In this document: in pieces, positions 1-9,672 of the stretch
How the letters are laid out: each line of letters opens with the position of its first letter
Numbering within the stretch: the first letter of the stretch is position 1
Source: an uncultured Bacteroidota bacterium
Lineage (GTDB): Bacteria; Bacteroidota; Ignavibacteria; UBA10030; UBA6906
DNA length: 64,000 nucleotides
NCBI GenBank assembly: GCA_963700635.1
Contig: CAVOYH010000004.1
Span: 956,117 to 1,020,116 of the forward strand
Direction: 5' to 3'
Translations under genes and position numbers: made by a program
Notes under the pieces: model-generated
What the model was told of the DNA's origin: nothing
Database searches by the model: none
The model's input: only the letters and a program-made list of their open reading frames with translations

Positions 1-301
1 TCATGTGAAGATTCTCCATCGCCGAGAAGTCCTCATAGACCTCAAGGTACGGCGCCACCAATCCGATAAGGGCCTTGCGCGCAAATTGATCGGACGCACC
101 CTCAGCGTGAATCCTCACCACTCCTGCGGTGGGCGTGAGAACCCCGCAGATGATCCTGACAAGCGTGGATTTCCCGGAACCGTTCCGCCCTGCGATAAGC
201 AGGACGTTACCCCGGGCAACAGCGAACGAGATGCCGGAGAAGATGATCCGGCGACTAAAAACCTGGCGAACCTTTTCTGCGTTGATCTCCGGCGTCATCA
301 T
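1..301 (-). CDS. ABC transporter ATP-binding protein, CcmA-like (5' part; runs off the window start)
   Basis: Not in the ORF track. Manual translation gives MMTPEINAEKVRQVFSRRIIFSGISFAVARGNVLLIAGRNGSGKSTLVRIICGVLTPTAG..., with Walker A GRNGSGKST. The ATG overlaps the TAA of the upstream gene (TAATG). Confidence 0.8.
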   Translation of the reverse strand, partial: MMTPEINAEKVRQVFSRRIIFSGISFAVARGNVLLIAGRNGSGKSTLVRIICGVLTPTAGVVRIHAEGASDQFARKALIGLVAPYLEVYEDFSAMENLHM

Positions 302-1983
302 TACCTTCTCACCAGGGCGATTTTTCCGCGGAGTCGCCCGTCTGCGAGGTCCAGAACAAAAAAATAGACGCCGCTGGGGACACTCCGTCCATCGTTGTCT
401 TTTCCCTCCCAGAAAAACATCTGGCGGTCAAGGAAGAGGCCGGAGACAAGATTGTCGCCTGCGTACACGAGGTCCATGCCCGCGGAATATATGTACAACG
501 ATCCCCGGACCTGGTCTCGCGACCCCACCGGGACGCCAACCCGCGTGTGGATTGCCGGCATAAATGGACTCGGAATCGGGCGCCCCTCCAGTATCGTTTC
601 AGGAGAGAAGTTCCTCCCGATGCTGTCTCCCTGCACGTACCAGGTTGTCCAGGCCGAAAGGTCTGCTACTTCCAGGAAGGCAAAAATACCCAGTGGAGTC
701 GGGAGGTATGTTTCGTCCGGCCGGGATGATTGAAAATGGTACGTGTAGGATTTTGTCGGCGGAGAACTTGATCCGGCACCAGCAAGGTCCATATTGTTGA
801 GAATCACGGTCATGGTATCCGGCGGGCGAATGACCTCGTAATACCGGGAACCGAGGGCGGGCAGGCTTCCCTGGACATCCCGCGTTGGGGGCGTGAACTC
901 CACAGGCACCTGGATCATGGATGGGTAGTCCGCCCCGTCGGGATAATACTTTTCCGGATTGCTCCGTGAACCGGTGAAGACATTCCACAGCGTCCAATCG
1001 GTGAAGGCTGCGCTAAAATCAGAATTCTGGTTCCGCAATGCTCTGTCAATGGCCTGGAGGGGCGGCACGATCCTGATCTGCTCCCAGCTTGCCCGCATCA
1101 GGTCCCGCCCGAACTTTTTGCTCACATAATGTCCCCACAGGCTCCGGCTATACATGACAATCTCATTGGATGAGAACGATTTGTCCGGATTCCGAAAGTG
1201 TCCCCCGAACGAGCCGAGATAGTTCAGGTAGTCATCCACGTCCGGGTACACCACATCTTCCATCCAGGTGGAGGTAATCTCATAAAAGAACACGTGCTCG
1301 GTCCAGTATCCATAATTGCCGATCTGGAGAGCGTGATGAAGTTCATGAGCGAGCGTGACGCGGAGTCCAGGAAGACCGCGGTTTTCGAGCGGACGCACAA
1401 AAACAAAATCATTGTCGATCGTGATAAATGTCGATGATGTGCCTCCTTCCGGCGGCCAGGTATCGGGAGTGGCATACCCGTACATCGCCCCGAGCTCCAT
1501 AACGAAGATGTCATATTCCGGCCCGCCGCCCAGAGTGCCGTCGGAGGGGAGAGTGCCGTACCCCAGGGTTTGCGTTTCGAGAGGGGCGATGTATGCCAGT
1601 GAAACAAAGATCGAGTCCACGTAGGCGAACGCCGTATTGGGAAGACGTGCCCCGTTCTGGTCCAGCATGGCGGGTGTGTGCACGCCGGTTGTATCAAAGT
1701 GAACGCGGAATTCCCCCCGGACGATGTTCGTCTGCATGCTGGGTCGGGTGAGTATTTGGTGAACCGATTGTTGCAGGGATCCGCGGGCACTCTGGCGGAT
1801 GTTCAGTGCGTGGAAGACCGAGGGGAGAGCGCATTTTACAGGTTCCCCTTCCGGAGGTGTTGTCCCCTGCTCCTGCATCAGCAACCGCACCGCTGATGCG
1901 GCGGGCGATTCAATTGAGTGCTGCGTCCAGGCCGTCTGCACGGTCAGCACAACAAGCAGGAGGATTCCCAGGCGAAGGTTCAT
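301..1983 (-). CDS. Secreted zinc metalloprotease-like protein (MXAN_6640-like) with C-terminal FlgD-Ig/sorting-like domain
   Basis: 560 aa with an N-terminal signal peptide, an HExxH motif (AHELHH) followed by FFYEITSTWMED, and a C-terminal WEGKDNDGRSVPSGVYF FlgD-Ig signature. Confidence 0.7.
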   Translation of the reverse strand: MNLRLGILLLVVLTVQTAWTQHSIESPAASAVRLLMQEQGTTPPEGEPVKCALPSVFHALNIRQSARGSLQQSVHQILTRPSMQTNIVRGEFRVHFDTTGVHTPAMLDQNGARLPNTAFAYVDSIFVSLAYIAPLETQTLGYGTLPSDGTLGGGPEYDIFVMELGAMYGYATPDTWPPEGGTSSTFITIDNDFVFVRPLENRGLPGLRVTLAHELHHALQIGNYGYWTEHVFFYEITSTWMEDVVYPDVDDYLNYLGSFGGHFRNPDKSFSSNEIVMYSRSLWGHYVSKKFGRDLMRASWEQIRIVPPLQAIDRALRNQNSDFSAAFTDWTLWNVFTGSRSNPEKYYPDGADYPSMIQVPVEFTPPTRDVQGSLPALGSRYYEVIRPPDTMTVILNNMDLAGAGSSSPPTKSYTYHFQSSRPDETYLPTPLGIFAFLEVADLSAWTTWYVQGDSIGRNFSPETILEGRPIPSPFMPAIHTRVGVPVGSRDQVRGSLYIYSAGMDLVYAGDNLVSGLFLDRQMFFWEGKDNDGRSVPSGVYFFVLDLADGRLRGKIALVRR

Positions 1984-4217
1984 CGGCCGAAGAGCCCTCT
2001 ATGGAAACTCACCGTATGCCGGGAAGGAAAAGAAAGTACGATAGAGGATCCGGAAACCGGATCCCCCGTCCCAATGGCAAAAAACTCTGCGCCATGTGCT
2101 TTGATGACAAGCTGCGGAGGCGTGTAACGCCCTCCGTGTATTCCGTACATGCAGTAGACGGCATCACGCTCCGCGTCGAGATACACGATATCCGTGTCAC
2201 CATCATTGTCAACATCCCGAAGCGAGAGAGCATCCTCATGAGCCAGATGAATGCCGGCAGTCCAGGTGGAATCCAGCGATAAACTCCCGTCTTCTAATCC
2301 ATACGCAATGCGTAACGCCGGTTGAGGTTGCGAAAGGTACAGCAGGAGATCAGTGTGTGCGTCTCCGTTCAACGTCCCGGTCCAAAGATAGCGGACGGTG
2401 GTCGTCGTATCCGGCAGCGTGAAAAGGGGCTCGATTGTTTTGAAATCATAATCGGCGTCCGCGGGTGCGATGCAGAGCATGGAGACCCGTGTGGATCGGT
2501 CCCTGAGCGCCAGCACGAGATCGTTTTTCATGTTTGCGGTCATGTCCCCGATCGTCATCGCCGTAATCGTGGTCGGGAGCGTGGACCGATAGGTCCGCTC
2601 AAGAAACTGTTCGCCGCCGATTTCTTCATACAGCGTAAGGGGGGCACGGCTGCCGCCATTCTGCGCATTGCGCACCAGAATGCGGAGCCGGTGTGTCGCC
2701 GGGTCTGCTTCCGCAAGCAGGAGTGCAGGGCGGGATTCCGTCGGCACTGTCAGGAGGCGTGATCGTTCAAAAGTCCGTGAAAACCGCGTGATCCCGATCT
2801 GTCCCAGTGCAGGATGAACTGATACAACCGTTGAGCCTGTTGACTCTCCGGCCCGGACGATTTTGAGAGGCCCGGGTTTCTCCGGAACGGACACTGCGCG
2901 CTGCCCGAGGAAAGCTCCCGTTCCTGTGCTGGCAAAAATGCTGATGCTCGAAGAGCCTGCATTGGCAACCAGCAGATCGTCAAAGCCGTCGTTTGTGCAG
3001 TCCCCTATGCCCAGCATGCGTGGCTGCACTCCCGCCGCATACTCCGTGGGCCACGCGACAAAACTGGAGTGTTGGGCGTTACCCAGCACGATGATCTTGT
3101 TTCGCTTGTGGTCGGCGATAACAAGATCCGTTTTTCGGTCTCCGTCAATATCGTCGAGACTCCACGATACCGATTCCGCCCCGGTGCCGAATTGTGTGAG
3201 GGGCATGAAGGTCGTTGACGACCGCCCGAGCGCGACCGTCATCCCCGCCGGCGTCGAGACCACCATATCCGGAAGCTGATCGTCGTTGATGAGGGAGAAG
3301 CTCACGGCGAGGGGACGAGCCGGCATATCGATTGTTTCTTTGATGGAGAATTCTCCGGCAGGTGTCCCGATCACATGCGCCACGGCGTTAAGTTCCGGCA
3401 TGGTCACCAGAAACCGCAGAATGCGGCGGTTCTCCACACGCATGAACGTCATCCTGCCCGGCTCGGACGGTAAGCGGAGGGTGACCTGTTCAGAAAACAA
3501 CCCGTTGCCGACCCCAAATTGTACGACCAGGCAATCCGACAGCCAGTGGAGGAGCACAACATCGGTGATTCTGTCGCCATTGAGATCTGTGGCGACGAGA
3601 TCGCCGGCGGATATCTCCGGAAACAGAAGACGTCCGGGCGTGAACCGGCCGTCAGGAGCACCCAGCCACGGCTCTACCCCGCTCATGTTACGCCCAAAGA
3701 AGAGCAGATCTTTTCGTCCATCGTTGTTGATGTCAGCAGTCACAAAACGCTGCGCGCGGTGTTCAAGCCGGAACTGCTGGCGCCTGTGTGTACCCTGTTC
3801 CGGCCGGAGAATTTCGACCTGCTGGCCGTCGGGTGAGAGAATCACCAGCTCGCCGATGCCGTCCCCGTTAACATCCGTTGACGTCATCATCGCTGTCGAA
3901 GTCGAGGTCGGGAGATTTCCATCCCGGACCAGACGCCCGCCGGGTGTGAACCGGTAACGATCCAGACCCGTTTTCTGCTTCGATCCGACAAGAATGGTCG
4001 AAAGCGGCGTCAGGCGTGAGGCGACAACAACAACCGCTGAAGGTGGTTCCGGAGTGGAGATTTCGACATAGGGTCCGAACGAAAGCAGAGACCTCTGGGA
4101 GTATGCGACGTACGTCCAGATCAATTGAGCGGTGAACAGACCGGCAGCGAGGTCAAAACCCCTGCGGATCCGGGGCGGCACCGTGTGGGCGATGTGCGTC
4201 TCCCCCTTCGGGTTCAC
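1980..4217 (-). CDS. FG-GAP/VCBS repeat beta-propeller protein
   Basis: Many D-x-N-x-D-G-x-x-D-L repeats (DVNGDGIGEL, DINNDGRKDL, DLNGDRITDV, DIDGDRKTDL, DVDNDGDTDI). Overlaps both neighbours by 4 nt. Confidence 0.8.
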   Translation of the reverse strand: MNPKGETHIAHTVPPRIRRGFDLAAGLFTAQLIWTYVAYSQRSLLSFGPYVEISTPEPPSAVVVVASRLTPLSTILVGSKQKTGLDRYRFTPGGRLVRDGNLPTSTSTAMMTSTDVNGDGIGELVILSPDGQQVEILRPEQGTHRRQQFRLEHRAQRFVTADINNDGRKDLLFFGRNMSGVEPWLGAPDGRFTPGRLLFPEISAGDLVATDLNGDRITDVVLLHWLSDCLVVQFGVGNGLFSEQVTLRLPSEPGRMTFMRVENRRILRFLVTMPELNAVAHVIGTPAGEFSIKETIDMPARPLAVSFSLINDDQLPDMVVSTPAGMTVALGRSSTTFMPLTQFGTGAESVSWSLDDIDGDRKTDLVIADHKRNKIIVLGNAQHSSFVAWPTEYAAGVQPRMLGIGDCTNDGFDDLLVANAGSSSISIFASTGTGAFLGQRAVSVPEKPGPLKIVRAGESTGSTVVSVHPALGQIGITRFSRTFERSRLLTVPTESRPALLLAEADPATHRLRILVRNAQNGGSRAPLTLYEEIGGEQFLERTYRSTLPTTITAMTIGDMTANMKNDLVLALRDRSTRVSMLCIAPADADYDFKTIEPLFTLPDTTTTVRYLWTGTLNGDAHTDLLLYLSQPQPALRIAYGLEDGSLSLDSTWTAGIHLAHEDALSLRDVDNDGDTDIVYLDAERDAVYCMYGIHGGRYTPPQLVIKAHGAEFFAIGTGDPVSGSSIVLSFPSRHTVSFHRGLFGR

Positions 4218-4690
4218 TGTTTGTCCGGCCGGCGGTTTCGAAGACGCTCTTCCCTCCGTACCTGCGCTTCGTCATAGCGCCGTTGTTCTTCGCCGGGTGC
4301 GGGAAGAATCGGTGGGACCGGTATCGGATGGCCATCTTCATTGATGGAAACGAAGGTCAGATAGGCGGTGTTGGCGCGCCGCGACTGCATCGTTGAGGTT
4401 CCATGCGCCGTCACGCGAACCCCGATTTCCATGGACGTTCTGAATGCGCGATTCACGGAAGCCTGCAGCGTGACAACCTCACCGAGACGAATCGGGTGAT
4501 GGAATGAGAGTTGATCCACCGAGGCGGTCACACACACGCGCCCCGAATGCCGCTGCGCTGCGATTGCCGCGGCGATGTCAATCCAGTGCATCAACGTCCC
4601 CCCGAGCAAATTGCCCAGCTGATTGGTATCGTTGGGGAGAACGAGTTGGGTTGTTGTGACCTGTGACTCGGCGACGGGCTTTGCCTGCAT
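4214..4690 (-). CDS. Acyl-CoA thioesterase (hotdog fold, YciA-like)
   Basis: PNDTNQLGNLLGGTLMHWID motif, VTASVD, and the pattern SMEIGVRV...LTFVSINEDGHP. Confidence 0.9.
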   Translation of the reverse strand: MQAKPVAESQVTTTQLVLPNDTNQLGNLLGGTLMHWIDIAAAIAAQRHSGRVCVTASVDQLSFHHPIRLGEVVTLQASVNRAFRTSMEIGVRVTAHGTSTMQSRRANTAYLTFVSINEDGHPIPVPPILPAPGEEQRRYDEAQVRREERLRNRRPDKQ

Positions 4691-5502
4691 TAGAGAAACA
4701 ATCCTTTTCCTTCGGTCCCGGGGCTCTGCCCGGCTGAGGGTGATTGGGATTCCAGTTCATCGTCAATCTCGTTCTTCAGCGTGTCCATCCTTCCGCGCAG
4801 CACGGAATTCGGGTAACGCTCCAGGAACCGTTTCGATTCCGCCGCCGCTTCACGGTACCGGTTCCGGCTCATGAGCAGTTCAACTTTTCCGATGGAAGAC
4901 AGAGGCGCAAATTCCGTGTCATGATATTTTTCGATGACATCGTCATAGTAGTATAACGCAGCGCGGTAGTACTCCATCGTCCGATAAAGCCTGGCCGTGT
5001 CATATTGCTTCTTAGCGAGCCTGAGGGTGAGTTCCTTGATAATGGTATCAGCCTCGACGGCCTTTTCGTGGGAAGGATAATATTCCACAAAACTCTGTAA
5101 TTCGTCAATCGAACGTTTTGTGTACTGTTGATCCAGGGAGGAACGCGGGGAGAGTTTGTAGTACGCAACACCAAGCTTGAATTGCGCATCGGCAACCCGC
5201 GGGTTTGCAGGATAGTTACGTTTTACGATTGAATATTCAAATGCAGCAAGCAGATATTCGCCCCGGGCAAACCGGCATTCCCCGAGATAGTACTGAGCGT
5301 CGGCTGCAAACGCGCTGCCCTGATATTGCAGGGTGATAACTGTAAACTCATTGACCGCAGGCAGATAATCTCCTTTGTCGAAAAGGGATTTGGCACCTGC
5401 GAAACGGTCTTCCACAGACATGACTTTGGTGACGTCGCCGCCACCGCACCCGGCAAGGAGCAGAGCGAGACAACAGATTATGCCGATACGTCGTATTACC
5501 AT
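4690..5502 (-). CDS. bamD: Outer membrane protein assembly factor BamD (TPR lipoprotein)
   Basis: Lipobox LAGC, TPR repeats, and the typical LDQQYTKRSIDELQSFVEYYP segment. Confidence 0.9.
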   Translation of the reverse strand: MVIRRIGIICCLALLLAGCGGGDVTKVMSVEDRFAGAKSLFDKGDYLPAVNEFTVITLQYQGSAFAADAQYYLGECRFARGEYLLAAFEYSIVKRNYPANPRVADAQFKLGVAYYKLSPRSSLDQQYTKRSIDELQSFVEYYPSHEKAVEADTIIKELTLRLAKKQYDTARLYRTMEYYRAALYYYDDVIEKYHDTEFAPLSSIGKVELLMSRNRYREAAAESKRFLERYPNSVLRGRMDTLKNEIDDELESQSPSAGQSPGTEGKGLFL

Positions 5503-6545
5503 TGTACGAACTCCTCTAAGCCTCTCGATGAAAGCGCGCGGACGCGCGCGCGTACTTTGTCAAATGCCGCCCCCGGTTTAAGGAATGTGGGCTGGAAATC
5601 ACTTCGCACGGGCAGGATGCGAAAACCCTCCATCTGCCGCTTACCCTCCCGTAATGTGAGCGTCACGGATATCGCGATGCCGTGTTCTGTCCAGAACCTC
5701 CCGGGCTGTCGGAAAACAAAATTCCCGAGGGAATGGACAATCCAGGCGTTGCGATAATGTTCTACACCATACGGGACATGCGGATGATGCCCGAGCACAA
5801 GATCAGCCCCGGCCTCGACAGCGCCCCTCCCGAACTTCTGCACTGCCGTCCCCGGCTTTTCGGTGTACTCCTGACCCCCATGATAACTTACGATAAGAAA
5901 ATCCACGGAATCCCGCCATACCCGCATTCGGGGGAAAAGTCTGCCCGTGTCTGCGCCTGCAACAACCTGTTGCCAACCTTTCGGCGAGTCATTCACGAAC
6001 TCCGTGCATGCAAAGAAGGCCATCCGAAGACCGTTCCGGGTGATCACGGTTGGTTCATACAGCAGGCCCGGGTCCGCGGCGCTTCCCGCGTGTCCGACCC
6101 CAACCGAATCAAGCCACATACGCGTTTCGTGAAGGGCGTCTATCCCGAAATCCAACGCGTGGTTGTTTGCCGTGGAAACCACATCAAACCCGCCGCGGGC
6201 GAGAGACCAGGCCGCAACGGGGGGAGCCGTGAAGATGATATTGTTGCGCGGATGTTCCGTGAGTCCACCCTGCTCCGATACCGGACATTCAAGATTTCCA
6301 AAAACCAGGTCGTAGCCCTGAAAGGTCTCCTGCACAAATCGAAAGGGGGCAAGCGTGTCACCCGCGATCAGGATGCGTCCCATACGCCGCCCGAGGTTGA
6401 TGTCACCCACAGCGATGAACCGCACGAGTGCAGTGTCCACCTGCGTGGCTGGAGACGCAGAGCGCCCGGCAACCTCCTGCGGGTGCGAGTCCCCCGCCAG
6501 CATCAGGATCCCTAAAAGTAATACAGGGTACAGCACGCCGGTCAT
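5496..6545 (-). CDS. CapA/PgsA family metallophosphatase-fold protein
   Basis: Motifs VGDINLGR, GNLECP, ANNHALDFG, HGGQEY, GHHPHV and SLGNFVF. N-terminal signal or anchor. Confidence 0.88.
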   Translation of the reverse strand: MTGVLYPVLLLGILMLAGDSHPQEVAGRSASPATQVDTALVRFIAVGDINLGRRMGRILIAGDTLAPFRFVQETFQGYDLVFGNLECPVSEQGGLTEHPRNNIIFTAPPVAAWSLARGGFDVVSTANNHALDFGIDALHETRMWLDSVGVGHAGSAADPGLLYEPTVITRNGLRMAFFACTEFVNDSPKGWQQVVAGADTGRLFPRMRVWRDSVDFLIVSYHGGQEYTEKPGTAVQKFGRGAVEAGADLVLGHHPHVPYGVEHYRNAWIVHSLGNFVFRQPGRFWTEHGIAISVTLTLREGKRQMEGFRILPVRSDFQPTFLKPGAAFDKVRARVRALSSRGLEEFVQW

Positions 6546-6548
6546 GGG

Positions 6549-7166
6549 TCAGCTCCTCACGCTAAACAAGAGGAAGATGGCGATGGCGAGGCTGCCAATA
6601 AGCACCACCGGCTCAACGAGCGACGAAACAATGCCCGGCGAGGGCAGCGCCCCCCGCGTCTCGGGTACTCCGGGAGTCTCGAGTGATTCAATGTCCGAGA
6701 CATCGACGGTATCCGAAAATACAACCACAGACTCCCCCGCCGTGAGCACCGTACCGGAACGTTGTTCCACGAGTTTCGTCCATACGACGAGCTGAAGGAC
6801 CCGATCAACTGATTGTGATCCGAGGAACCATGATCTGCGGGGATTGATATAGCTCACGAAAGTCCTTGTAATACCAAAATCTGCTACATAGTCGGCATCG
6901 GGTGAATTTTTTACAGAACCGGAGCGGACGCGAATAGCATCGATCACTGGCTGCTCAAGATACCAGTATCTGACCGGGGGAAGCAAGGTGTAACTCACGG
7001 TAACAGAAGGAGAGGTCGGAAGAAACGTACAGAGCGAATCGGCGACCCGGCGCATGAGTTCCTGGTAGAGCACAAGCGTCCGTCGCGGCTCTGACGGTGC
7101 ATCATTGGCGAGGACAGGCGCGCTCAACGCAGACGCAGCGAGCGCAACATACCAGAACATCCTCAT
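6549..7166 (-). CDS. Hypothetical exported protein with C-terminal membrane anchor
   Basis: Start reassigned to MRMFWYVALAASALSAPVLA (signal peptide). C-terminal TM segment VEPVVLIGSLAIAIFLLFSVRS. Lies within the operon. Confidence 0.7.
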   Translation of the reverse strand: MRMFWYVALAASALSAPVLANDAPSEPRRTLVLYQELMRRVADSLCTFLPTSPSVTVSYTLLPPVRYWYLEQPVIDAIRVRSGSVKNSPDADYVADFGITRTFVSYINPRRSWFLGSQSVDRVLQLVVWTKLVEQRSGTVLTAGESVVVFSDTVDVSDIESLETPGVPETRGALPSPGIVSSLVEPVVLIGSLAIAIFLLFSVRS

Positions 7167-7198
7167 ATCCGTCTGCTTCCTTCTTTGGCTGTAAACTC

Positions 7199-7504
7199 TC
7201 AGGCCGGCTCTGGAGATTTGCCGGCAGGATCCTTGCCCGTGCGTGAGAACATGCTCTTCCGGTAGAGAATGCCGAACGGGATGAGCACACAATATCCGAT
7301 AACCAGGAGAAGGGGCGCCGCAACAAGGGGCAAGAACCCTTCCACCGAACCTTCGAGCATCGCCACATAGCCTGCGGCGATCGTCACCAAGCCCGCTCCC
7401 ATAATAAGGAAATTTTCTTTGGAGAGGGGCATATGGTCATCGCGCATGGCCTTGCGCGATTTACCGCGTGTCTTTATCTCTTTTGCCACGGTTCGATTCT
7501 CCAT
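7199..7504 (-). CDS. Small membrane protein, DUF3098-like
   Basis: Basic N-terminus, MPLSKENFLIMGAG, and two TM helices ending APLLLVIGYCVLIPFGIL. Confidence 0.72.
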   Translation of the reverse strand: MENRTVAKEIKTRGKSRKAMRDDHMPLSKENFLIMGAGLVTIAAGYVAMLEGSVEGFLPLVAAPLLLVIGYCVLIPFGILYRKSMFSRTGKDPAGKSPEPA

Positions 7505-7520
7505 TCAATTGGACCCCCAT

Positions 7521-7557
7521 AAAATAAAAGCCCAGCGTTGGGGGGAACGCCGGGCTT
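7521..7557 (-). terminator. Intrinsic terminator hairpin
   Basis: Minus strand reads AAGCCCGGCGTT-CCCCCC-AACGCTGGGCTT followed by TTATTTT. Confidence 0.75.
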
Positions 7558-7606
7558 GACCATGTTTCGTACAACAGTCAGGGGAGAAACTGTCGTATAG
7601 GTCACC
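7521..7606 (-). ncRNA. Candidate small two-hairpin RNA or attenuated leader with C-rich loops
   Basis: Bounded by a sigma70-like promoter and an intrinsic terminator. Hairpin 1 is UACGACAGU/ACUGUUGUA with loop UCUCCCCU; hairpin 2 has loop CCCCCC. Confidence 0.5.
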
Positions 7607-7610
7607 CACA

Positions 7611-7638
7611 AATCTACAAGAAATCGACTCTTTGTCAA
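7611..7638 (-). promoter_or_regulatory. Sigma70-type promoter
   Basis: TTGACA-N16-TAGATT on the minus strand. Confidence 0.6.
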
Positions 7639-7731
7639 GGGGTTTGGCTTCTTTTTTTATTCGGCGAAAATGCCAGTATTATCAACGGGAAAAGCAACCG
7701 GGGCCGGTTTCTTGCAGCTGGGGCTCCTGGC

Positions 7732-8427
7732 TCAAACATGTTCTATCACCCCGTCGACAATGCGGATGATCCTGTCAGCGCGGTTCGCAAGAGCTTCGTT
7801 ATGCGTGACGACGACGAACGTTTGCCCCCGTTTTCTGCTCAGGTCCCAGATCAATCGGTGCAGGAGGTCCGCGTTGGCGCTATCCAGATTTCCGGAAGGT
7901 TCGTCGGCCAGAACAACCCGTGGATTATTCATCAGCGCACGGGCCACCGCAACACGCTGTTGTTCACCCCCGGAGAGTTGCGTAGGGCGGGCGTCCGCTC
8001 TGTTTTCGACACCAACTTCCTCGAGCAAACCGTAGGCCCTGTCCCGGACTCTTTGAAGCCGCTCCCCGCCGATCAAGGCGGGCATGGCTACATTCTCCAG
8101 AGCCGAAAACTCCGGGAGCAGATGGTGGAATTGGAAGATAAAACCTATGGAGCGATTCCGGAATCGGGCCAGGTCTTCATCATCGAGTGCGAACACGTCC
8201 ATCGTGTCGTACATCACTCCGCCGGAGGTGGGGCGATCGAGGGTTCCAAGAATATGCAGGAGCGTACTCTTGCCCGCTCCCGAGGCGCCGACCACGGCAA
8301 TAATTTCCCCGGGTGCAATCTGCAACGTGATCCCGCGAAGCACGCACAATTTTGATCCCTGCGTGTCCCCCGTTTGAAATGTCTTCGTGACAGCTGAGGC
8401 CGTTATAATAGGCTGTTGGTCAGTCAT
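7732..8427 (-). CDS. lolD: Lipoprotein-releasing system ATP-binding protein LolD
   Basis: GASGAGKST, IGFIFQFHHLLPEFSALENV, LSGGEQQRVA and ADEPSGNLD. Downstream of two LolC/E permeases. Confidence 0.9.
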   Translation of the reverse strand: MTDQQPIITASAVTKTFQTGDTQGSKLCVLRGITLQIAPGEIIAVVGASGAGKSTLLHILGTLDRPTSGGVMYDTMDVFALDDEDLARFRNRSIGFIFQFHHLLPEFSALENVAMPALIGGERLQRVRDRAYGLLEEVGVENRADARPTQLSGGEQQRVAVARALMNNPRVVLADEPSGNLDSANADLLHRLIWDLSRKRGQTFVVVTHNEALANRADRIIRIVDGVIEHV

Positions 8428-8442
8428 GTGCTGTTTTTCCTC

Positions 8443-9672
8443 TTACTCCCACCGTATTGCCTCCACGGGTGTCAGTCGCGCTGCACGCCCCGCAGGGTAT
8501 AACGAAGCAAGGATGCTCAGGAGCATCGAGGCTCCGGAAACGGCGACAAAGTCAACCCACCGTATTTCCACCGGGATAGCGGGTATGATATAGACGGTGG
8601 GATCAAGCGGGAACAGGTGATACTGTATCTGAAGATAACAGACGGCGAGTCCGAGCAGGGAGCCCAGCAGAGTGCCAATGGTGCCCACGAGAATCCCTTC
8701 CACCATAAAAATCCGCAGGATACTGCGCCGTGTGGCACCCAGAGCTTTGAGTACGCCGATATCGCGGCGTTTTTCAATGATCCCCATCGTCAGTGACCCG
8801 AGGACGTTAAACGTAGCCACGCCAACGATCAGGCAGAGGATGATATAGGCCGTCCATCGTTCAATCTTCATCACGGAGTAAAGATCCTTGTGAAGGTCGT
8901 ACCAGCTTGACACCTGGTATGCTGCGCCGAGCCGCCTCCGAAGAAGAGATTGAACCCTGTCAGCCTGATCGATGGAGTGCAGCCGGACATCTATTCCGTT
9001 GACCTCATTCCGGAGCTGAAAGATACTTCTCGCGGTCTCAAGGGATACGAATGCATAGTGCGCGTCGTAGTCCTTGTTGTTGGAATCGTAAATCCCCACG
9101 ACGGTGCACGGTTGCACGATTGGTTCGTTGAGCTGTACCATCATGGCATCCACTCCGACGGGACTGAGGATTGCAAGGGAGGATCCCACCATCGTGCCAA
9201 GCCGGTCCGCGAGGGTTAGCCCGAGCACAATACTCCCCTGCCCCGGTTCGTCGGCGAACTTGAACGCCCCCAGAACGGTACGCTGTTTCACCCCCGACAC
9301 ACCCTCAATTGTGGAATCCACAACACCTTTCACCATCACCACTTTATGGACCCGTTGGGCTACCAGCAGAGCTTTGCCGGAAATGAATGGCGCAGCGGCT
9401 GCAACGGCGGGGTTTGCCTGGACAATGCGGAGAAGACTGTCGGAGGCCGCGATCCGGCCGCCCGAAGCCGCCTCAATCCGGATGTGCGGGTCAAATCCTA
9501 CGAGCACCTGTGTCACGACACTGTTAAATCCGTTAAAAACGGAGAGGACGACGATCAATGCGGCGACACCCACGGTGATGCCGGTAACGGAAACCAGCAT
9601 GATGATGTTGATAAAACGTAACTGGCGTTTTGATCGCACATACCGGGCAGCTATGAACCGTTCGAGGTACAT
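8443..9672 (-). CDS. Lipoprotein-releasing system permease (LolC/LolE family)
   Basis: GVAALIVVLSVFNGF, periplasmic domain, EKRRDIGVLKALGA, and C-terminal PVEAIRWE. Confidence 0.88.
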   Translation of the reverse strand: MYLERFIAARYVRSKRQLRFINIIMLVSVTGITVGVAALIVVLSVFNGFNSVVTQVLVGFDPHIRIEAASGGRIAASDSLLRIVQANPAVAAAAPFISGKALLVAQRVHKVVMVKGVVDSTIEGVSGVKQRTVLGAFKFADEPGQGSIVLGLTLADRLGTMVGSSLAILSPVGVDAMMVQLNEPIVQPCTVVGIYDSNNKDYDAHYAFVSLETARSIFQLRNEVNGIDVRLHSIDQADRVQSLLRRRLGAAYQVSSWYDLHKDLYSVMKIERWTAYIILCLIVGVATFNVLGSLTMGIIEKRRDIGVLKALGATRRSILRIFMVEGILVGTIGTLLGSLLGLAVCYLQIQYHLFPLDPTVYIIPAIPVEIRWVDFVAVSGASMLLSILASLYPAGRAARLTPVEAIRWE

